64,000 bases of DNA from a bacterium (GTDB lineage Bacteria; Chloroflexota; Dormibacteria; Aeolococcales; Aeolococcaceae): assembly GCA_014874355.1 (NCBI GenBank), contig JACWAJ010000066.1:12417-76416 (forward strand), written 5' to 3'. Of this stretch, positions 31,137 to 40,017 are shown piece after piece. The position numbers and the translations under genes were made by a program. Numbering within the stretch: the first letter of the stretch is position 1; each line of letters begins with the position of its first letter. Below the pieces are notes generated by a model, which saw nothing but the letters and a program-made list of their open reading frames with translations, ran no database searches and was not told the origin of the DNA.

Positions 31137-31531
31137 TTGTGAGTTGCTTTTTCACCCAGTCGCCGGGTCACCAGATCAGCAACAGTCTCGATCGCACGAT
31201 TGGTATCGGAGTTCAGAGCCGAGTACGGCACGTCCGCAGCAGCGAACCCGGTGGTCACAACGAAGTCCAAACCGGCATGCTTCGAAAGTGGTGACTGCAC
31301 GGCAGCGCGTAGGCGCCGTCGAAGGCGGTTACGATCCACCGCAGTCCGCACGCCTGTGATCGAAAAGCCGATCCGCGCACGTTCTAGCGAATTGGGCGCA
31401 GCGGCGACCCTAACGACGCCGACCGTACACCTTGCGCGCCATGCTCGGACGAACGCAAAGCGTCTTCCGCCACTCAATGCTCCCGGTCGCGTGGACATGG
31501 CGGCCGCAGTCTGCGAGCCCGCCACGGTCAC
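31133..31531 (-). CDS. rnpA: RNase P protein component
   Basis: Basic RNR motif region ([14 protein letters not shown]); GTG start overlapping the rpmH stop. Confidence 0.8.
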   Translation of the reverse strand: MTVAGSQTAAAMSTRPGALSGGRRFAFVRAWRARCTVGVVRVAAAPNSLERARIGFSITGVRTAVDRNRLRRRLRAAVQSPLSKHAGLDFVVTTGFAAADVPYSALNSDTNRAIETVADLVTRRLGEKATHK

Positions 31532-31674
31532 CTCGCGGGTGCAGGTGTCAGGCGCTTGCGTCCCTTGAGACGCCGTGCCTTGAGCACCGCCCGGCCTCCT
31601 GGCGTCGCCATGCGCGTGCGAAACCCGTGGGTCTTGCGCGCGTACTTCTTCTTGGGTTGAAAAGTCCGCTTCAG
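31528..31674 (-). CDS. rpmH: 50S ribosomal protein L34, apparent CTG start
   Basis: Translation (L)[47 protein letters not shown]. There is no in-frame ATG/GTG/TTG after the upstream TAG. GGAGAAG lies 8 nt upstream of CTG. Confidence 0.8.
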   Translation of the reverse strand: MKRTFQPKKKYARKTHGFRTRMATPGGRAVLKARRLKGRKRLTPAPAR

Positions 31675-31902
31675 AGGGTCTTCTCCAATCTAGGTAATCT
31701 CATCCACGACGTGACCGGCCGAACCGGACACAAGACGGCCATGGACCGCTGAACAGTGGCGCAAGTATAGCAATGCGGCCTCCCGATGTCCCATCGGAGG
31801 TCTGCTAGACTCCATTGGTCCGGCGGGAGGTCGAATCGCAACGACTTCCGCTTTCTCCTTCCAGGGTTCTCTCTCGCACCCGCCAGGCTATTTGGATCGA
31901 GG

Positions 31903-31933
31903 TTATCCACTAGTGTTTATACGCTGTGGATAA
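31903..31933. promoter_or_regulatory. Pair of inverted DnaA boxes in the rpmH-dnaA divergent promoter region
   Basis: TTATCCAC (31903-31910) and the perfect consensus TGTGGATAA (31925-31933). Confidence 0.7.
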
Positions 31934-32015
31934 CCTCGGAGAATTCACGAGTGGCGGGCATATCGAGGATCAACGTGCGACTTGTTGACGGCAGCGGGAC
32001 GATGGAAGCCTCCGC

Positions 32016-33500
32016 GTGGTGACTGAAGATTCCACCGGCATGAGATCTGATCTCAGCCCCTTGGCTGTGCCCGATCCACCCGCCGACGAGGCAACGGCCG
32101 AACCGGAGGAGCAATCTCAGGTTGGCTTCGACCCCTCGCAGATATGGCAGGCCGCTCAGGAGGAACTGCGCTTCCAGATCGCCCGCCCAGGCTACGAAGC
32201 GTGGCTTTCGAACACCGTTCTCTTGGAATCTGACGGCAACACCTTCACGATCGGGGTTCCCACCCGCTTGGCCCGGGACTGGGTTATTGAACGCTACGTG
32301 CCCCTCATCAAGGAGACTTTGTCGGGAATGCTGGCGCGTGAGTGCAACGTCATCATCACCGTCGATCCCGCGGCAGCCCCGCCACCCGACGATCCCGCGC
32401 CGATTGCCACGCAAGAGAGTGGTGGCATAGAGAGCACTGATGAGTTCTCGGACGGCACCGCCGGCACGACAACGGACTCCCACCTCAACCCGAATTTTCA
32501 GTTCTCCACTTTTATCGTCGGCAACTCCAGCCGCTTTGCCCACGCCGCCTGCAAGGCGGTAAGCGACGCGCCCGGGAAAGCCTACAACCCGCTGTTTTTG
32601 TATGGAGGAGTGGGTCTCGGCAAGACTCACCTGATGCACGCCATCGGACATGCGGTCCGAGAGAAGAACCGAAGGGCAAAGGTCACCTACGTCAGCTCGG
32701 AGAAATTTATGAACGAGATGATTGCGGCGATCCAGGCAAACCGCACTCATGAGTTTCGAATGCGGTATCGCACCGTTGACGTCCTGCTAATCGACGATAT
32801 TCAGTTCCTTGCAGGCAAGGACCGCACCCAGGAAGAGTTCTTTCACACGTTCAACGCCCTTCACGAGATCCAGAAGCAGATCGTTGTGTCAAGTGACCGC
32901 CCTCCTAAAGAGATCCCCACGGTAGAGGATCGGCTTAGAAGCCGTTTCGAAGGCGGGCTGATGGCAGATATCCAACCGCCCGATTTTGAGACCCGACTAG
33001 CAATTCTTAACTCCAAGCTGGGGTCCCATCGCCGGCTTGTCCCCGAGGAAGTGTGTTCCTTCATTGCTCACAGAATCCACACGAACATCCGCGAGCTTGA
33101 GGGTGCCCTCATTCGCGTCCTGGCCCACGCCTCTATCAACGACCAGCCCGTGACATTGGACGTGGCTCAGCGCATCCTCCAAGACGTGCTCCCAGCCAAC
33201 GAAAGTGCCCTCATCACCATCGAAGCCATCCAGGACACGGTTGCTGCCTACTACGGCACTTCGATTGATGAAATGAAGGGAAAGCGACGGGACAAACATA
33301 TCGTTTTTCCCCGCCAGGTGGCGATGTACCTCATTCGCGACGATATAGAGACCGCACTCACGGTAATTGGCTCAGCGTTTGGTGGTCGCGATCACACAAC
33401 TGTGCTCCATGCTTGCGAGAAGATCAAGGACTTGCTCACAGAAGACACCAAACTCCAGGTTGACGTCCGCAATATCCGTGAACAAATCCAGTCGCGATAG
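32016..33500 (+). CDS. dnaA: Chromosomal replication initiator DnaA
   Basis: Walker A GGVGLGKTHL, sensor motifs, C-terminal DnaA-box-binding HTH. GC ~56%, below the flanks. Confidence 0.95.
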   Translation: MVTEDSTGMRSDLSPLAVPDPPADEATAEPEEQSQVGFDPSQIWQAAQEELRFQIARPGYEAWLSNTVLLESDGNTFTIGVPTRLARDWVIERYVPLIKETLSGMLARECNVIITVDPAAAPPPDDPAPIATQESGGIESTDEFSDGTAGTTTDSHLNPNFQFSTFIVGNSSRFAHAACKAVSDAPGKAYNPLFLYGGVGLGKTHLMHAIGHAVREKNRRAKVTYVSSEKFMNEMIAAIQANRTHEFRMRYRTVDVLLIDDIQFLAGKDRTQEEFFHTFNALHEIQKQIVVSSDRPPKEIPTVEDRLRSRFEGGLMADIQPPDFETRLAILNSKLGSHRRLVPEEVCSFIAHRIHTNIRELEGALIRVLAHASINDQPVTLDVAQRILQDVLPANESALITIEAIQDTVAAYYGTSIDEMKGKRRDKHIVFPRQVAMYLIRDDIETALTVIGSAFGGRDHTTVLHACEKIKDLLTEDTKLQVDVRNIREQIQSR

Positions 33501-33753
33501 ATCGAGGGTAGAACGTGTGGAGAACCTTGCTAGATGCTGTGGAAAGACCTGTGGTCTCTAATCCACTGTGGAGAAGGTCTTTACTAGACCATGGTTGTCC
33601 CCACCCAGCAGCGGCTTGTCCTCAGGCGTCACAATTCCGATCGGGCCTTTATCCCCGCCATCCCCACCACTACTACATATACTCTTTTATATATTCCCTA
33701 ACTCTTCTAGCTTATCTTCTGGGTATAAACCTTAAGTCAAGGACTTTTTCTCA
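33501..33753. other. oriC candidate: cluster of DnaA-box-like 9-mers followed by an AT-rich DNA unwinding element (33671-33745)
   Basis: Near-consensus boxes: TGTGGAAAG (its complement cTTTCCACA), TGTGGAGAA (its complement TTCTCCACA), TTGTCCCCA, TTGTCCTCA, TTATCCCCG. Then ctactacatatactcttttatatattccctaactcttctagcttatcttctgggtataaacctt in a ~68% GC genome. Confidence 0.65.
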
Positions 33754-34872
33754 ATGAAATGCACCGTCAGTCCATCTGCGCTAAGCACCTGCATTGGACT
33801 TGCTGCACGTGCCGTATCGCCTCGTTCTACCCTTCCAGTGTTGAGTAATCTGCTGATAGAGGCCAAGAACGAACAACTCACAATTACGGCCACCAATCTA
33901 GACCTCAGTATTTCTACGAGTGTTGAGGCCACGGTTCTAGAAGAGGGGCGAACCACCATCCCTGCCCGTCTTTTCAGCGACTATGTGGCATCTCTACCAG
34001 AAGTGCCATGTGCTTTGGAATTGGACCCCACAACACAGATCACCAAAATTACGTGTGGCACGCTGCGTACCAACATGCATGGGATTGATGCCGCAGAATT
34101 CCCGCCGCTGGCAGTGCGCCAACCGGATGTTACAGTACAGGTTGGATCTGAAGAACTGGAACGTGCCATTGCTCAGACGGCAATGGCAGCCAGCAGCGAC
34201 GAGGCTTCGCCGGTGCTCACAGGCGTTCTCTTACAGATTGAAGGCACTAGGCTTACTCTGGCTGCCACCGATCGCCACCGGTTGGCAGTGAAGACGCTGG
34301 AGGTGGAGGTTAAGGGTGAGCTTCCCAAGGGTGGTGGAGTGATCGTGCCAGCACGGCATCTAAGCGAGGTTGCGAGGGCAATCAACCCTAGCCGGCCAGT
34401 GGTGGGTATCAGCTTTGCTGAGCAGCGAAACCAGATTTTCTTCACCATAGGTAACGTGGAAATTACATCACGTTTGATCGACGGGAATTATCCGAATTAC
34501 GCTCAGGTTATTCCGAGTCAAGCAACGACAACAGTGAGTTTGGATACCGATGTTCTCTTGCGTAGTGCCAAGACGGCCTCTGTATTAGCTCGCGATGCCG
34601 CCAATCCCGTAAGGCTTCACGTTGCCGACAACATGGTAACCTTGATAGCCAAGACAGCCGAGGTTGGAGATCATGAAGCTCCACTGAACGCGAAAGTTAC
34701 CGGTGACGATGTGAAAGTCGCTTTCAATGCGAAGTACATGCTTGACGCACTTTCCGTACTTGGTTCTGACGAAGTGCAGTTGAGTTTCAACGGTGCGTTG
34801 CAACCCGGTGTCATTCGTCCGGTTGACACCGACGACTACCTGTGCATCATCATGCCGGTGAGGGTTCCCTAG
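33754..34872 (+). CDS. dnaN: DNA polymerase III beta sliding clamp
   Basis: Full-length DnaN (372 aa). GC ~52%, with codon usage distinct from neighbours. Confidence 0.9.
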   Translation: MKCTVSPSALSTCIGLAARAVSPRSTLPVLSNLLIEAKNEQLTITATNLDLSISTSVEATVLEEGRTTIPARLFSDYVASLPEVPCALELDPTTQITKITCGTLRTNMHGIDAAEFPPLAVRQPDVTVQVGSEELERAIAQTAMAASSDEASPVLTGVLLQIEGTRLTLAATDRHRLAVKTLEVEVKGELPKGGGVIVPARHLSEVARAINPSRPVVGISFAEQRNQIFFTIGNVEITSRLIDGNYPNYAQVIPSQATTTVSLDTDVLLRSAKTASVLARDAANPVRLHVADNMVTLIAKTAEVGDHEAPLNAKVTGDDVKVAFNAKYMLDALSVLGSDEVQLSFNGALQPGVIRPVDTDDYLCIIMPVRVP

Positions 34873-34983
34873 CGACGCGCACGCTGAACATTACGCCACC
34901 AATACACCCGCGAACGCCGTGTCCTGGGACCTCTTCAACACCCGAAAGCAAAGTCAGGTCCACGTTGTGCTGGACGGCGGCCT

Positions 34984-35607
34984 TTACAACGGCGGTGGCG
35001 AGGACATGCAGGGACACATGGTCGAGCGAGTGGCCGCACGCGAAAGGACTGACACGAATGCCACCGGAGCGGCCAGGATGAGCGGGCAGAGTGTTGCCAC
35101 CACAAGGACCGGGACGGTCCGGGCGAAGTCGCCGGACACGACCCATGCGGCGATCGCAGTGGCCAGCGTGACGAGCAGGAACCATAGGGCATAGCGATCA
35201 GCCAACCGGACGACACGTGCGATCAGCGATCGCAGTTCCCGGCGGGCGCGCCCGGTTGCCCACGCCTCGAGGGTTCGGCCCGTGGCGAGCATTACGCTGA
35301 TGACCGCGCCGGCCAACTCCTCGTGGACGGCCAAAGCTCCGCACAGGGCCAGGAGGGCGATCACGTCAACGCCCAGACGACCGTGCCGTAGGCTGCTGAC
35401 CATCCACCAAGCCGCCACCCCTGCCCCAAGGAGGGTGGCCAGTGACCACGCCACGGTGCCGGCTGGATGGTCTCCGACGAGATACGCGATGCATCCGCTT
35501 GCCAACCCTGCCACCGTGGTGCCCAGGAAGATGCCCTCCCAGGGGAGATCACGCCTCATTCTGTCATCGCTGTTGTCAGTCATGGCGCGTATCGTCAGTG
35601 TCTCCAC
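34984..35607 (-). pseudogene. Degenerate remnant of a P1B-type heavy-metal ATPase (TM helices only; A-domain and P/N-domains missing)
   Basis: …ELAGAVISVMLATGRTLEAWATGRARRELRSL (TM4 signature) is directly followed by a TM6-like CPx segment (TLCPLILAAPVA) with no actuator domain. The ORF stops before any DKTGT motif. Confidence 0.5.
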
Positions 35608-35623
35608 TGGCGTTGTGCCAGGG

Positions 35624-37384
35624 TCAAAGGTTCACTTTCTCCCGCCTTTTTGAGGCATAAGCCCTTTGCAATGGCGTGGGCAGGAAGAACACCAGCCCAA
35701 ACGTCAGCGACCACACGGTGACGTTGTAGATGAGAGAGTATTTAAAGGCATAGGTGAAGTTGTCTGCGAGCCGGGTTGTGGTCTCCTTGGAGATCACATC
35801 GTGAATATTGGCGTAGGCCTTGAGCAACTCGGGAGAGGCTTTAGGTGGCGGCAGCAACGTCTGTTGAAGGGCCACACAGCTGTTGGGTGAGGCGGAAGGG
35901 TCGTTCGCGGCGGCGGTGTCGTCGAAGCAGTAGCTAAAGCCGGTGTCAATGGCTGAGGTAATGGAAGCTGTGGCTCCTGCCGTAGTCAGTTGCTGTTGGA
36001 ACGCCGGCGAACGTTGTGCAGAAACAGTGGGTGCGTAGGTGCCGAGTAGCCCGAAGTAGACGACGCCTACGATTGCCACCCCGAGTGCTCCCGCAACCTG
36101 CTGACCGGTGGTGAGCACACCCGATGCCGAGCCGGCGTGGTCATGGTGGACGCCGGCAAGGATGATGTTGGCGAGCGGTGCGATGACGAAGCCCATTCCG
36201 AGGCCACCCATTGCAAGCGAAGGAATGAGATCGTACCCGCGGAAGGTGTTGTCTGCGCTGGTCGCAGTGAGGGTTTCCCAGAGGACAAACATTCCAAGGG
36301 TGATCGATGCCGATCCAATCAAGAGAATTAGCTTGCCCAGCCGGGGATAAAGCCGGATAGACAGGGTCGATCCGAGCGCGGCGGTGATGGCGAACGGAAT
36401 CGTTGCAACTCCAGCTTGCAACGGTGAAAATCCATGGCCGAGTTGTAAAAACAGTGATAGAGTGAGAAAGAATGCGGGAATACCGGACAGGAAGATGCAG
36501 ATAACCGCAAGGCCCACCAGGAACGACCGGTTGCGGAAAAGCGCGGGCTCGACGAGAGGACAGTTACTGGTTTTCGCACGCCAATGGTTGTACTGGTCAA
36601 AAATGGCGAATACGACGAGTGACAAGGCCATGGATGTAAACGTCCACCACGGCCACCCTAAGCTCCGACCCTCGACGAGGGGGTACACGAGCAGAAACAG
36701 GGCAAGCGTTGCCAGCAGTGCTCCGGGGATGTCGAGTCGGGTTGCACGTGGTGCCCTGGACTCATCCAGGGCCAAGATCGCGGCAACCACTGCTCCGATT
36801 CCAAGCGGGACATTGACGAGAAATATCGGTCGCCAGCCGAGGCCGAGGATATTGCCTTGTATGAGAATGCCACCGATAAGTGGCCCGCTGATGGCGGCTA
36901 TGGCAACAACTCCGCCATAGATCCCAAACGCTTTGGTTCGGTCGTGCGGGGCGAAGTTGACCTGCAGGACGGAGATGACCTGCGGGTACATCAGAGCGGC
37001 CATGAGGCCTTGGAATACGCGGGCGCCCACCAGAAAACTACCCGAACCAGCGAGGCCGCAGGCCACGGAGGCAAGTGTGAATCCACCGACACCGATGATG
37101 AACAGACGTTTACGACCGTAGATATCGCCGAGCCGCCCCCCGGTGATCAGGGTGACGGCGTAAGCAAGTTGATAACCGGCCACGACCCACTCGATCTGCG
37201 AGAAAGTTGCATTGATTTCAGTGTGGATCGAGGGAATCGCTACGTTCACGATCGAGATGTCCAGCAGGATCATGAACGAAGCTGAGAGAACAGTCGCCAG
37301 AGCGGTCCAGCGGCGCGACGTACTGGTGTGTGGACCGGGTGGATCGACAAATGTCGTTGAAGGGCTGAGACTCTCGCTGCTCAA
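35624..37384 (-). CDS. MFS transporter, DHA2 (14-TMS EmrB/QacA-like) drug:H+ antiporter family
   Basis: MILLDISIVNVAIPSI, GRLGDIYGRKR motif, 14 hydrophobic segments. Confidence 0.85.
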   Translation of the reverse strand: MSSESLSPSTTFVDPPGPHTSTSRRWTALATVLSASFMILLDISIVNVAIPSIHTEINATFSQIEWVVAGYQLAYAVTLITGGRLGDIYGRKRLFIIGVGGFTLASVACGLAGSGSFLVGARVFQGLMAALMYPQVISVLQVNFAPHDRTKAFGIYGGVVAIAAISGPLIGGILIQGNILGLGWRPIFLVNVPLGIGAVVAAILALDESRAPRATRLDIPGALLATLALFLLVYPLVEGRSLGWPWWTFTSMALSLVVFAIFDQYNHWRAKTSNCPLVEPALFRNRSFLVGLAVICIFLSGIPAFFLTLSLFLQLGHGFSPLQAGVATIPFAITAALGSTLSIRLYPRLGKLILLIGSASITLGMFVLWETLTATSADNTFRGYDLIPSLAMGGLGMGFVIAPLANIILAGVHHDHAGSASGVLTTGQQVAGALGVAIVGVVYFGLLGTYAPTVSAQRSPAFQQQLTTAGATASITSAIDTGFSYCFDDTAAANDPSASPNSCVALQQTLLPPPKASPELLKAYANIHDVISKETTTRLADNFTYAFKYSLIYNVTVWSLTFGLVFFLPTPLQRAYASKRREKVNL

Positions 37385-37686
37385 ACCGGAGACTTCCCCT
37401 CAAGCGGGATGAAGCGAAATCTCTGAACCACCTTGGCGCCCAGACGTTCATTGATAGCGTCGATCACGCGAGGGGAGTCCATGTGGATCTGGTGAGCCAG
37501 AGCGGAGTTGGTGGAAGCAACCACCAGCGTACCGCGTTCCAGCCGCTCGGCACGGCAGAACGGAAGCATGGCCGGACCCATCACGACAGCAAATACTTCG
37601 CGAATCTGTACGTCTCGTACCTGCTGGCGGATTCCCATGGCACGGAGCGTGCGATCGAGGAGGTTGGAAACGGGCTCTTCTTCCAC
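37381..37686 (-). CDS. DUF721-domain protein (DciA-like, typical recF-neighbour in actinobacteria)
   Basis: 101-aa ORF immediately after recF, overlapping the MFS start. Its size and position match the Rv0004-type DUF721 proteins. Confidence 0.6.
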   Translation of the reverse strand: MEEEPVSNLLDRTLRAMGIRQQVRDVQIREVFAVVMGPAMLPFCRAERLERGTLVVASTNSALAHQIHMDSPRVIDAINERLGAKVVQRFRFIPLEGKSPV

Positions 37687-37701
37687 TGGAATGATCTTAT
37701 T

Positions 37702-38850
37702 TCACCTCACCGGCCGAATCGATCCAGCATCCACTTCGAAGAAATGAATTTCGGTACCCCCAAGACCGTGCAGTGCGGCCGGTTCTGCCGTGGTCACAAG
37801 TACTTGAATGCCAGATTCCGCCACGGTCGCAAGCAGGGACTGGCGCCGAGTTTCATCGAGTTCTGATAGAACGTCGTCGAGGATCAGTACTGGTGAGACG
37901 TCCGCCGTGGCACGGATGTGAGCCACCTCGGCAAGCTTGAGCGCAAGCACGATGCTTCTCTGCTGACCCTGCGATGCGGCTGTGCGTGCGGGGCGACCAG
38001 CAAGTAGGACTTCGACGTCGTCGCGGTGAGGGCCCACAAGGCTGATTCCGCGGGCCACCTCTTCGGCGCGGCGCGCCTGAAGCCTTGTGCTGATGGCAGA
38101 TCGGGCCTGGTCAACATCCCCGGTCGTGGGGTCGAAGACCGCACCACCGGCAACGTAGTTCAGGCCGAGGGCTTCACCGTCCCCACCGAGTTGGACCAGT
38201 GCCGGCACCGCCCAATGCAGGAGGTCTTGCACGAGTCGAGCGCGTGCGACGCGAACACGGGCCCCTGCATCAATGAACTCAGCCTCGAATGATGCCAGCG
38301 CAGACAGGCTGCCGCCGCCATCGCGCAGTTGTCGCATCAGGGCATTGCGCTGCTCAAGTGCGCGCCGGTACCGGTGAAGCTCGGCCATTGCACGAGGATC
38401 GAGCTGGCTGAGCACCACGTCGAGGAGGCGACGCCGACCCTCGGGGCCGGCTTTGACGAGGAGGAGGTCGTCCGGCCAGAAGAGAACCACCGGGCAAATG
38501 CCCAGCAAGCTCCGAGCCGGACGCGGCTTGCCGTTGACGGTGGCCGAGCGGCCGACATGGCGTGTGGCGGTGTCGTATGTGAAGCGCACGCCGAGATCGG
38601 CAGGCCCGTCAAGTCGGTGCACATGGGCTTCAACCAAGCAGGCCGTGCTTCCCCAGCGGAAAAGGTCGGCACTACTTGCGGCCCGTGGCGACCGGCTCAA
38701 GGTGAGTGTGGCCACGGCCTCGAGCAGGTTGGTCTTTCCCTGGGCGTTGCGTCCGCCCATGACGTTCAGCCCGGGACCGAACTCGACAGTCGTGTCGGCG
38801 TAGTTGCGGAACTCGTAGAGACGAAGGCTTTCGATTCGGCAGGCGTTCAC
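37702..38850 (-). CDS. recF: DNA replication and repair protein RecF
   Basis: Walker A GGRNAQGKTNLLEA, signature and Walker B LILDDVLSELD. Confidence 0.9.
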   Translation of the reverse strand: MNACRIESLRLYEFRNYADTTVEFGPGLNVMGGRNAQGKTNLLEAVATLTLSRSPRAASSADLFRWGSTACLVEAHVHRLDGPADLGVRFTYDTATRHVGRSATVNGKPRPARSLLGICPVVLFWPDDLLLVKAGPEGRRRLLDVVLSQLDPRAMAELHRYRRALEQRNALMRQLRDGGGSLSALASFEAEFIDAGARVRVARARLVQDLLHWAVPALVQLGGDGEALGLNYVAGGAVFDPTTGDVDQARSAISTRLQARRAEEVARGISLVGPHRDDVEVLLAGRPARTAASQGQQRSIVLALKLAEVAHIRATADVSPVLILDDVLSELDETRRQSLLATVAESGIQVLVTTAEPAALHGLGGTEIHFFEVDAGSIRPVR

Positions 38851-40017
38851 TTAAGAGCGTGGGACGATACCGCCGCGGGCCATGGACACGATCAGCTCGG
38901 CGATGTCGGCGGTTGCTTCGGGACGTGCCACCCGCATCACGGCCTCGCGCAATCGTGCAAGTCCAGGCGATCCAGGGCGCGAGAACTCAGCCACGGTATC
39001 GACAAGTTGGTCGATGTCAGGAACGTAGCGGCCGGCACCAGTGTCAACCACCCAATCGACGTTGCCCCGCTCCTGCCCGTGCAGGTACCAGGTGAGTAGC
39101 AAGGGGGTCTGGCAGCAGAGCGCTTCTGCGATGGTTCCCGGCCCCGCCTTGGTGGCGATGACGTCGGCGGTGCGGACCCATTCGGCCATGTTGTTGACAA
39201 AGCCGTGGACCGCAACCGGCGATCCACGGTGGTCGCACAGTCCGGCAAGGCGCTTCTGGGCACTGCGGTTGCGGCCACATATGACCACCAGCTCGATCGG
39301 AAGGCTAGCCTTCGCCAGGGCCCGGGCGCGGCGGGCGATCCCTCCCGAGCCGTCGGCGCCGCCGCAGAGGAGAACCACGAAGCCGTCGGGGGCGACGCCC
39401 AATTTGAGCCGCAGCGCGGAACGCTGGTCGGGCGTTAGCGGTGGCCGGGTGAAGCTGACGTCCACGGGAAGCCCGAATGGAAAGCAGCGTTCTCCAGGAA
39501 TGCCGACCCGGCGTGCCCGGTCGAGCCCACCGGGCGATGGTGTGACGACGGCGTCGACATCCCGGCAGGCCCATGCCGCGTGGACGTCAACCAGGTCGGT
39601 GATGACGGTGATGAGCGGTACGCGTGTGACACCGGGCCGCCTCACGGCTCTGGCGGCAACGTGGTTCAGCAGCGGATGGAACGACACGACGGCGGCGGGT
39701 TGCAGCCGCTGGCAGAGGCGGGCCAACCCGGATTCCACCGACCTGAGAACGGTCGACTTGAGCAAGCTGACCGCGGGTTTGGAGTTCGTGGAGTAGTACA
39801 ACGCCCCCCACATCCAGCTCGCGTGCTGGATTACGGTCCCGTAGAGATCGGTGGTGTGACGAAGCCACGGGGAGGCCGTTCCGGCGAAGGGATCAACAAT
39901 GTGGATGTCGAACTCGCCTGGGTGGTCAACCTCGAACTGAGAGCGGACAGCGTTGGCGCTTGCGCGGTGACCTCCGCCAGTGTCGGCGATGAGAAACAGA
40001 AGTGGTTGCGCAGTCAT
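38851..40017 (-). CDS. GT28-family glycosyltransferase (MGDG synthase/UgtP-like, MurG fold)
   Basis: N-terminal LFLIADTGGGHRASANAV motif. Its stop abuts the recF start codon with no gap. Confidence 0.7.
   Translation of the reverse strand: MTAQPLLFLIADTGGGHRASANAVRSQFEVDHPGEFDIHIVDPFAGTASPWLRHTTDLYGTVIQHASWMWGALYYSTNSKPAVSLLKSTVLRSVESGLARLCQRLQPAAVVSFHPLLNHVAARAVRRPGVTRVPLITVITDLVDVHAAWACRDVDAVVTPSPGGLDRARRVGIPGERCFPFGLPVDVSFTRPPLTPDQRSALRLKLGVAPDGFVVLLCGGADGSGGIARRARALAKASLPIELVVICGRNRSAQKRLAGLCDHRGSPVAVHGFVNNMAEWVRTADVIATKAGPGTIAEALCCQTPLLLTWYLHGQERGNVDWVVDTGAGRYVPDIDQLVDTVAEFSRPGSPGLARLREAVMRVARPEATADIAELIVSMARGGIVPRS

Noticed and set aside
31786-32022. 78-aa ORF between rpmH and dnaA
   Set aside because: Lies in the DnaA-box-containing divergent promoter region. 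Arg/Ser-rich translation with no homology.
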